A stretch of DNA of 25,077 bases from a virus. Each line of letters begins with the position of its first letter. Positions within the stretch are counted from its first letter, which is position 1. The stretch spans positions 1 through 25,077 of IMG/VR virus record IMGVR_UViG_3300048861_000143; one strand, 5' to 3'. Below are positions 1 through 5,340 of this stretch, one piece after another. A program made the translations under genes and the position numbers. The notes beneath the pieces were generated by a model. It searched no databases. It worked only from the letters and a program-made list of their open reading frames with translations, and was not told the DNA's origin.

Positions 1-215
1 TTGAATCGAGCGGAGTCCGGGTCCTTCAATCCGGCGGTCACAGCTTCCTGTCCTTGAGTGCGCCAGTCGCCCTCAACTACGCCTTCTCGCGCCGCGTCCA
101 TGAATTGCCAGTAGATCCGCTCAGACTCTTCGGGGTAGGCCGAAGCGGAGGACGCCATCGAAACTAAAACTAGCGCCGCTGCCAGGCCGATCCTGGCCGT
201 CTTGTCGTCAGGCAT
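1..215 (-). CDS. Partial (runs off left edge) exported hypothetical protein with LKDPDSARF motif
   Basis: Manual translation from ATG 215: MPDDKTARIGLAAALVLVSMASSASAYPEE...LKDPDSARF. GGAGG RBS upstream; signal-peptide-like hydrophobic stretch ending ASA. Not in ORF track. Confidence 0.75.
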   Translation of the reverse strand, partial: MPDDKTARIGLAAALVLVSMASSASAYPEESERIYWQFMDAAREGVVEGDWRTQGQEAVTAGLKDPDSARF

Positions 216-330
216 CGTTGATTACCTCCCCGTATGCGATCAGCCGCAACTCGGCATTCTCGAGCTTCCAGCGGTCGGCAAATCCGAGCAGTGGGTTGCG
301 CGTTGGCGCGGCCGTTTCAGGGTTGCTCAT
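208..330 (-). CDS. 40-aa hypothetical protein
   Basis: MSNPETAAPTRNPLLGFADRWKLENAELRLIAYGEVINDA*. Fills the gap exactly, overlaps both neighbours and carries the in-frame array motif. Confidence 0.6.
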   Translation of the reverse strand: MSNPETAAPTRNPLLGFADRWKLENAELRLIAYGEVINDA

Positions 331-511
331 CGTTGGTTTCCCCTATGCTTACGAAGCGGCCGCGCTCATCTCGCGCGACGACGATACCGGAGGCTCCACA
401 CGCCAGACATTCCTTTGGGGAGCCGTCGTCGGAGTAGTGGCCGAGTAGACCCGTCCCGCCACAGCTAGGGCACGGCACCAGGTTCCGGGCCGTTTTGTCC
501 CGGTCAGTCAT
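317..511 (-). CDS. Small zinc-finger protein (DnaJ-type CxxCxGxG pairs)
   Basis: CPSCGGTG and CLACGASG motifs; start/stop coupling with neighbours. Confidence 0.75.
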   Translation of the reverse strand: MTDRDKTARNLVPCPSCGGTGLLGHYSDDGSPKECLACGASGIVVARDERGRFVSIGETNDEQP

Positions 512-758
512 TGATTGCTCTCCGAATCGCTGCGGCGATGTTCTGCGCTGCGTGGGCCATGCTTGCGTGCGTGTGGCCCTTAGTCTGAAGACGTTCAGAC
601 ACCGCCATAGCTTCCCTTGACCCGTCGCGATTGCGTAAAACAGGGTCTGTTAGGATCGTGTCCTGCGCCAACAGGAAATTCTCGGTCGCGAACATATCCG
701 CGATGCAAGCGGCTTCCTCCAAGGCAGCGGCACGGGCCGTCTTGGATGTGTCAGTCAT
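504..758 (-). CDS. Hypothetical phage protein (84 aa)
   Basis: Start reassigned to ATG 758 (MTDTSKTAR; GGGAG RBS, ATGA overlap). AALEEAA...IAAAIR pattern is common in small phage proteins. Confidence 0.7.
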   Translation of the reverse strand: MTDTSKTARAAALEEAACIADMFATENFLLAQDTILTDPVLRNRDGSREAMAVSERLQTKGHTHASMAHAAQNIAAAIRRAIND

Positions 759-889
759 CGCTGACTCCCGTTCCGACACGCTGCGCACCAAATGCCGTGG
801 TGGTTCTGTATCGCCGGCTTCCCGCACCAAGGACAGGTGCAAGGAACACTAGTGAGGGCCGTTTTGTCCTGGCTGTCACTGCCTGACAT
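755..889 (-). CDS. 44-aa zinc-ribbon protein
   Basis: MSGSDSQDKTALTSVPCTCPWCGKPAIQNHHGIWCAACRNGSQR*. Two CxxC motifs; GAGGGAG RBS. Confidence 0.65.
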   Translation of the reverse strand: MSGSDSQDKTALTSVPCTCPWCGKPAIQNHHGIWCAACRNGSQR

Positions 890-1076
890 GCACGTCTCCC
901 TCATCATCCACCACGATCGGCGGGAGACCCTTCGAAGCCCGGATCTCGTTGCCCCGCTCCAGCGCGTGGTCATAGCAACGCTGTTCCCCGTCGATGCGAA
1001 TGCACATCTCCTCCTGGCATCCCGTGACATCGCAGCGCAGCTTGGCTGGGATCGCCGTTTGATCTTCAGCGGGCAT
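876..1076 (-). CDS. Small Cys/His protein (66 aa)
   Basis: Start reassigned to ATG 1076 (MPAEDQTAIP); CDVTGC...CYDH is a possible metal site. Confidence 0.65.
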   Translation of the reverse strand: MPAEDQTAIPAKLRCDVTGCQEEMCIRIDGEQRCYDHALERGNEIRASKGLPPIVVDDEGDVHVRQ

Positions 1077-1320
1077 CGCTTGCACCTTCCTGGTAAGCCG
1101 CATCCATCGCCTTCTCGATCTCGGCAGCAATAGGAGCGACTGACCCGAGACGGTAAGAGTCGAAGTATTCCAGGATGGAGAAAGCCACCTTCCATGATGC
1201 TTGGAAGTGACGCGGCTCGGCCGTTTCAGGATTGCCGCACAGGATGTCTTCGGCTGCCTCGACGCGGCGCCTCACGCTTTCCGGCACGGGCCGGGCCGTT
1301 TCGGATTTGCGTTCGCTCAT
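1066..1320 (-). CDS. Hypothetical protein (84 aa) containing two array motifs
   Basis: ORF track; GGAGG RBS; ETA motif near the N-terminus and again 25 codons later. Confidence 0.65.
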   Translation of the reverse strand: MSERKSETARPVPESVRRRVEAAEDILCGNPETAEPRHFQASWKVAFSILEYFDSYRLGSVAPIAAEIEKAMDAAYQEGASDAR

Positions 1321-1511
1321 TGCACCCTCCCGATACGCTTTGCTTCATCAAGCCATTCTTTGGCGGCTTTTCGGCAGTCAGCTTCGGCTGCTTCCTTGGT
1401 GTCGCCGTCCCCCATGCAGCCAGGAAGGTCAGGGGCGTAGGCTATGAAGCCATCCTCGTAGTTCAGGATGACGATCTGCGGCTCGGCCGTCTGGTTTTGG
1501 CTAACCGTCAT
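1317..1511 (-). CDS. hicB: HicB-like antitoxin domain protein (orphan)
   Basis: EDGFIAYAPDLPGCMGDGDTKEAAEADCRKAAKEWL matches the HicB N-terminal signature PDLPGCxxxGxTxEEA. No DNA-binding tail. Start 1511 (or 1517). Confidence 0.8.
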   Translation of the reverse strand: MTVSQNQTAEPQIVILNYEDGFIAYAPDLPGCMGDGDTKEAAEADCRKAAKEWLDEAKRIGRVQ

Positions 1512-1659
1512 TTTCATCCATCCCGTGCTCAAGCCGCCATGCGCGATCGTCCCACTCACAGGCTTCGGCTTCGCTGCCGACCGGAGACCTTCTGCTTTCC
1601 TCCGCCATGCGGCGGCAATAAGCGATACGTCTCTCGGTGGCCGTTTCAGGATTGGGCAT
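1501..1659 (-). CDS. 52-aa hypothetical protein
   Basis: Start reassigned to ATG 1659 (MPNPETATE) with GAAGGGA RBS. Confidence 0.6.
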   Translation of the reverse strand: MPNPETATERRIAYCRRMAEESRRSPVGSEAEACEWDDRAWRLEHGMDENDG

Positions 1660-1879
1660 TGTCGGTTCCCTTCTTCGGCTCACGCCAGAACACGGTGTAA
1701 TCGCGCCGCCCCAAGATCAGCGTTATGCAGGTCGGATAGAAGATCAGCGCGACATTCACTCGGATGCCAGAGACATCCCACCCAGCGTCGAGCGCGTCTG
1801 TCCGGCCGAACGTCAGCTTCCGCCATCGTCTCACCCATATAGCGCGCTTGGTTGGGGCCGTTTTGTCGTCAGCGGGCAT
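1646..1879 (-). CDS. 77-aa hypothetical protein
   Basis: Start reassigned to ATG 1879 (MPADDKTAP) with GGAGG RBS. Confidence 0.65.
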   Translation of the reverse strand: MPADDKTAPTKRAIWVRRWRKLTFGRTDALDAGWDVSGIRVNVALIFYPTCITLILGRRDYTVFWREPKKGTDNAQS

Positions 1880-2057
1880 TGATTGCCTCCAACCTTCCGA
1901 TTTCTGCCGCAGCTTCGGTGAAGAGCCTGTAGTGACACAGCAGATCGTGGAAGCTGATGTCGGGTGTCTTGGTAGAGCATGTGCAGCCCGCAATGCAGGC
2001 TCTGAACAGGCGCTCTTTCAGGGGCGGCACCGCCGCCGTTTCATTCTGCGCCATCAT
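1869..2057 (-). CDS. 62-aa Cys/His protein
   Basis: CxC...H...C pattern; GAGG RBS; coupled overlaps. Confidence 0.65.
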   Translation of the reverse strand: MMAQNETAAVPPLKERLFRACIAGCTCSTKTPDISFHDLLCHYRLFTEAAAEIGRLEAINAR

Positions 2058-2238
2058 TGGTTGCCTCGCTGTGCTTTGCGGCGTTGATGAGCCCTATCAA
2101 CTCGTTCGCCTCACTGATCGGCATGCAGTATTCCGTGCTGCCGATGGATATTCCGATCTCACCTGCCCGGATCACTCGGACGCGCTTGGTGTGCCTCCCT
2201 GCGTGGATTAGGCGGCCGGCCGTTTGATCAGCGGGCAT
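2041..2238 (-). CDS. 65-aa hypothetical protein
   Basis: ORF track; GGAGG RBS; QTA motif. Confidence 0.65.
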   Translation of the reverse strand: MPADQTAGRLIHAGRHTKRVRVIRAGEIGISIGSTEYCMPISEANELIGLINAAKHSEATNDGAE

Positions 2239-2437
2239 GGCTGCTTACAACCTCCAAAATAGACCTGCGCCAGACCGCCCTAGCACGTGTGGTCATATGC
2301 TGCCCCGACAGCGGGCGGACAGTTAGTTTCCCCCAACTGTCGCATTCGATGACAGCTTTGTAGTTCGGTCGGCCCTTCACCAACACGACATCTCCCTCGG
2401 TTGCCTTGTCCGTCGTCTGGTTCGTGTCAGAAGCCAT
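2228..2437 (-). CDS. 69-aa hypothetical protein, possible SH3/KOW-like barrel
   Basis: GDVVLVKG...AVI...LTVR pattern; GGAGG RBS; variant motif (QTT). Confidence 0.6.
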   Translation of the reverse strand: MASDTNQTTDKATEGDVVLVKGRPNYKAVIECDSWGKLTVRPLSGQHMTTRARAVWRRSILEVVSSHAR

Positions 2438-2597
2438 GTGCTTCCCTCCACTCGTCTACTAGCGCCAACGCAGCTTCAAAGGTGATCCGCCGTTGGGCGG
2501 CTAAGGTCTCGGCGGCAGCGCGCCTGTGCCCTACGCGAATGAGAGCGCAGATATCCCATGCTAAGCGTGGGGGTGCGGGTGCGTCAGGATTCGGCAT
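2427..2597 (-). CDS. 56-aa hypothetical protein
   Basis: MPNPDAPAPPRLAWDICALIRVGHRRAAAETLAAQRRITFEAALALVDEWREAHGF*. AGGAG RBS; overlaps the stop of 2584-3285. Not in ORF track. Confidence 0.6.
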   Translation of the reverse strand: MPNPDAPAPPRLAWDICALIRVGHRRAAAETLAAQRRITFEAALALVDEWREAHGF

Positions 2598-3285
2598 CGT
2601 TCTTTCTCCTTGCTCTGTTCCGCTCTGCCGTAGCTACGGCCAGGTCATGTTTCCTCTGCGCCTCGGGACGATGCCCCAGGTAGTTCTTGGCGGTGGCGTA
2701 GGCCATCGGGATCGTGACGGTGCTCCGTCCGATCTTCCGCTGCCTGCCAGCCCGCATCAGTAGCTCGGGGGTTGGCACGTCGCGTCGGACCCAATCAGCC
2801 CGGATCGACTCTGCGCGGCGTTGCGCATCCTCCATCCGGGCGCGCTTCGACGCCTCTGCTCCGACGCGCCTCCCACCGCCCGCCTCCGCGCTGCGCTTCT
2901 TGGCCAGGAATAGCTTAACGGCCTCGTCCAGCACGTCCGCTCCTGCGTCTGGCGGGATGCGCAACCCGGCATCCACGGCAATCACCGTAGCGGCTCGCGC
3001 ACGTGCCGCAGCCAGGCACGCGGTCAGGTCGGAAACATCCCAAGCCAGCACCGGAAGCGACGCCACGTAGATCGTCTCCCCGATCGGCTTGCGCCTGGTC
3101 TCCCTGAGCATAGAGGCCCTGGCCTCCATCGCCTCTCTAGACTGGCCGCGCCGCTTCGCTGGCACCAGCACGTCCCGGTAGATAGAAGCGTCAGGCCAGT
3201 CCGGAACAACCCCGGAAAGAAGGGCCTCCTGAGCCGGGACCGGCCACGTTTTGGCGATGTTCGAGATGTAAGCCCTGTTTCGCAT
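2584..3285 (-). CDS. Serine recombinase/resolvase-fold protein with degenerate catalytic motifs
   Basis: Motif order matches a resolvase N-domain: RAYIS (cf. GYARVS), AQEALL, IYRD, R..ML...R..GETIYVASLPVLAWD..DL (cf. GDxLVVxxLDRLxR..DL). Basic helical C-terminus. Confidence 0.6.
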   Translation of the reverse strand: MRNRAYISNIAKTWPVPAQEALLSGVVPDWPDASIYRDVLVPAKRRGQSREAMEARASMLRETRRKPIGETIYVASLPVLAWDVSDLTACLAAARARAATVIAVDAGLRIPPDAGADVLDEAVKLFLAKKRSAEAGGGRRVGAEASKRARMEDAQRRAESIRADWVRRDVPTPELLMRAGRQRKIGRSTVTIPMAYATAKNYLGHRPEAQRKHDLAVATAERNRARRKNDAES

Positions 3286-3309
3286 GGCATCCGTGCTTTT
3301 GTTGTTTAC

Positions 3310-3338
3310 AAGCTATCCTCCGTTGATGCAAAATGCAA
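3310..3338 (-). promoter_or_regulatory. Candidate sigma70 promoter for the leftward operon
   Basis: Minus strand TTGCAT (3338-3333), 17-nt spacer, TAGCTT (3315-3310), in the AT-richer divergent gap 3286-3376. Confidence 0.5.
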
Positions 3339-3376
3339 GGGACAAAAGAGAGCAGCCAAACGGACGGAGCGGACAG

Positions 3377-3553
3377 ATGGCACAGACCGACAAGCCGAAG
3401 CGCAGAGAGTTCCCTATGCTGTCTGAGAAAACGCTAAAGGACGGCAAGGTCGAGTGGCGTTTCATGATGGGCAATCGGGTCGTCAGTCGGCACGAGACGC
3501 GCGAGGCGGCGGATGCGGCATTCCGCGCCGCAAAGCCTCAGTATTTTCGCTGA
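3377..3553 (+). CDS. 58-aa basic hypothetical protein
   Basis: Start reassigned to ATG 3377 (MAQTDKPKRR) after the leader repeat; HETREAA motif. Confidence 0.7.
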   Translation: MAQTDKPKRREFPMLSEKTLKDGKVEWRFMMGNRVVSRHETREAADAAFRAAKPQYFR

Positions 3554-3571
3554 TCTGATACGGAGGTCGGA

Positions 3572-3742
3572 ATGGCGTTCCCTAATCGCGTATGGCCCTG
3601 GCGCCGCGAAGATGAGTTAGACGTGGAGGCTTTGCAGGAGCGCGTCCGCAGGTTGCGTGACTTGCTAGCAGAGGCAGCTGCAGCAACAACGTGGATGCCG
3701 GATGATTGGAAGCGCCGCGCCCGCGAGGCGCAGACCGAGTAG
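3572..3742 (+). CDS. 56-aa hypothetical (coiled-coil) protein
   Basis: GGAGG RBS; MAFPNRVWPWRREDELDVEALQERVRRLRDLLAEAAAATTWMPDDWKRRAREAQTE*. Not in ORF track. Confidence 0.7.
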   Translation: MAFPNRVWPWRREDELDVEALQERVRRLRDLLAEAAAATTWMPDDWKRRAREAQTE

Positions 3743-3803
3743 CACCAACAGACCAACCTTTCCCAGTTTGGAAAGGGTTCACCAAACGGACGGAGCGGAC
3801 AGG

Positions 3804-4061
3804 ATGGCGGAGCGAGTAACTGAGGACGACCTGAGGCTCGCGGCCGAGTGGTGCGACAATTACGAGGAGGGCGCGGACGGTGCCGACGAGATGATTCGTC
3901 TGCGGCGCGTCGCAAACTGGCTTCGTAAGATGGCTGACGATCGCCAGCGCGAAAGTCAGGTCCGCGCCGGAATGAAGCAGACTGGCGCTCCTAGAAAGGT
4001 TGTTGTTCGCGCTCTTGCAACGCTTGAAGCGAAGCGGCGAATGGAAGCGGAACGGGTTTGA
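3804..4061 (+). CDS. 85-aa hypothetical protein
   Basis: Start reassigned to ATG 3804 (MAERVTEDDL) after the leader repeat. Confidence 0.75.
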   Translation: MAERVTEDDLRLAAEWCDNYEEGADGADEMIRLRRVANWLRKMADDRQRESQVRAGMKQTGAPRKVVVRALATLEAKRRMEAERV

Positions 4062-4083
4062 GCGACCAAGCGGAGGAGAGAAG

Positions 4084-4530
4084 GTGGCCCTGCCATATGA
4101 GAATGCGACGTCAGGAAAGGCGGCTGTCGAGGACATGCAGAAAATCCTGCGCGCGTTCGGGGCCGCGTCCTTCGGTGTCATGGAGGACTTCCAGGCCGGC
4201 GAGGTGATCGTGCAGTTCCAGTGGCGCGAGCGGCGAGTGACCATCAAAGCAAGCGCGAAGGGCTACGCTGCGGCATGGCTACGCCATCACCCATGGTCCA
4301 GCCGCATGCGCAGCAGCAAGGTTGACCACGAACGCAAGGCACTGAAGCAGGCGCAGGTGTCCGTCTATTCGATCCTGAGAGACTGGATCAAAGGCCAGAT
4401 CACGGCGGTTGAGGTGGGCATGCTGTCGTTCGAGGGAGCGTTTCTCGGGCAGATCCTACTGCCGAGCGGGCAGACCGTGTTGGAGCGCGTCGAGTCAAGC
4501 GACATGCTTGCGCTGGCCGCTCCGGAATAG
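4084..4530 (+). CDS. Conserved hypothetical phage protein (148 aa)
   Basis: GTG 4084 after GGAGGAG. LPYENATSG...ILRDWIKGQITAVE.G..SFE.AFL is a recognisable phage family of unknown function. Confidence 0.8.
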   Translation: MALPYENATSGKAAVEDMQKILRAFGAASFGVMEDFQAGEVIVQFQWRERRVTIKASAKGYAAAWLRHHPWSSRMRSSKVDHERKALKQAQVSVYSILRDWIKGQITAVEVGMLSFEGAFLGQILLPSGQTVLERVESSDMLALAAPE

Positions 4531-4550
4531 CCGACAAAACGGAGGATAAA

Positions 4551-4700
4551 CTTTGGATGGCCCCGCGCCTGAAGTTGAGTAGGGCGTTGCCGTAAGGGCG
4601 GGGCGGCTGAATTTTCGGAGCATAGGGGATTCGTCCCGCTACGCCCCTTCTTAGGGGACGCCGCCGAGAAGAACGCAGCATGTGTGCTGAACATCCAAGG
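4551..4700 (+). ncRNA. Candidate structured RNA (multi-branched; strand assumed from operon)
   Basis: Six nested helices found by eye, including a closing 9-bp stem and a UUCG hairpin; only 9-12-codon ORFs follow the upstream RBS. Confidence 0.5.
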
Positions 4701-4718
4701 CAGACCCAATCGGAAGCA

Positions 4719-4939
4719 ATGATGAAGTTCGTTTTCAAGGCTGGCGAGCGGTGTAAGTTCGATCCGTCGTTGCGATACTTGATCGATGCGAACCCGACGG
4801 AAATGGGCTCGTTACCGCGACATGCCGAGTTGAGGATGGCTTGACCGTTCCTGCTGAGCACGCGGAGCGAGTAGCCGAAGCGCTAAACGCTGTGCTCGGC
4901 CACATCGATGTTCCGGTCAGCATGATATCGCGTCGCTGA
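4719..4939 (+). pseudogene. Possibly frameshifted small gene, or two tiny ORFs (4719-4844 and 4841-4939)
   Basis: ATG 4719 frame stops at 4844. A shifted frame reads VRSVVAILDRCEPDGNGLVTATCRVEDGLTVPAEHAERVAEALNAVLG to TGA 4939 but is preceded by TAA. Confidence 0.35.
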
Positions 4940-5118
4940 TGCAAACCGGAGGCACAGAATTGGGAGTCCGCCCTGACATACAGTTTGAAATCGATCAGGC
5001 GGCCGCAAAGGCAACCGCAATCCAGTCGATCCTCGATAACCCGATCCATCCGCCAGCCAAGGCGGGAAGCGCCCGAACCGGCATATGCGGCAGCCAATCC
5101 GGCGGACAGAGCAGACAG

Positions 5119-5289
5119 ATGGTAGCGGACACCCTGGCGGATCGCGTCAAGCGGGCGACCGTTGAGCTCAATGGCGCGATCGAGGCCGCGGTGCGGGCTG
5201 GCCTTATGGTCAAGCTCGAGGTTCTGACCGCGCAGTCGATGACTGGCGAAATGCCCGTGCTTACCGTCCGGGTATTTGAGCCGGCATAG
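5119..5289 (+). CDS. 56-aa hypothetical protein (frame also open from TTG 4960)
   Basis: ATG 5119 follows the diverged leader repeat; ELNGAIEAAVRAGLMVKLEV. An alternative start TTG 4960 has a GGAGG RBS. Confidence 0.65.
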   Translation: MVADTLADRVKRATVELNGAIEAAVRAGLMVKLEVLTAQSMTGEMPVLTVRVFEPA

Positions 5290-5300
5290 CGCCGAACAAC

Positions 5301-5333
5301 AAAAAAGCCGCCGAGGGTTTCCCCCCGGCGGCC
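5301..5333 (-). terminator. Intrinsic terminator of the late operon (possibly bidirectional)
   Basis: GCCGCCG(5307-5313)/CGGCGGC(5326-5332) stem; A6 at 5301-5306 gives a U-tract on the minus strand; lies between convergent genes. Confidence 0.85.
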
Positions 5334-5340
5334 ATGAAGA

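Larger units (their letters stand above)
196..2418 (-). repeat. Dispersed frame-locked motif ARACGGC (+ strand GCCGTYT), 13 copies plus 1 variant
   Basis: GCCGTYT starts at 196, 311, 489, 736, 858, 1054, 1220, 1295, 1486, 1640, 1857, 2035, 2219; variant GTCGTCT at 2412. Confidence 0.9.
3356..5122 (+). repeat. Gene-leader direct repeat CCAAACGGACGGAGCGGACAG
   Basis: Exact 21-bp copies at 3356-3376 and 3782-3802. Diverged copy CGGACAGAGCAGACAGATGG at 5103-5122 (18/20 to 3361-3380). Each directly precedes an ATG. Confidence 0.9.

Noticed and set aside
196-2418. CRISPR array or classical integron
   Set aside because: Repeats are only ~7-16 bp with coding, variable 75-247 bp spacing; no cas genes, no RYYYAAC...GTTRRRY attC palindromes and no tyrosine integrase seen.
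202-3070. Plus-strand ORFs over the left array and minus-strand ORFs over 3538-5378
   Set aside because: The opposite strand has a tiled set of RBS-bearing, coupled genes; these ORFs lack such support.
2584-3285. Calling this the phage integrase or a tail-fibre invertase
   Set aside because: Catalytic motifs are degenerate, the large-serine-integrase C-terminal domains are absent, and no inverted repeats were seen around the fibre genes.
504-4530. ORF-track upstream starts (842, 1130, 1195, 1559, 1683, 1993, 3284, 3702, 4000)
   Set aside because: They cause long overlaps; downstream starts have an RBS and fit the junction pattern.
4551-4700. tRNA or hammerhead ribozyme
   Set aside because: No cloverleaf with a proper T-loop/CCA; no CUGANGA...GAAA core.
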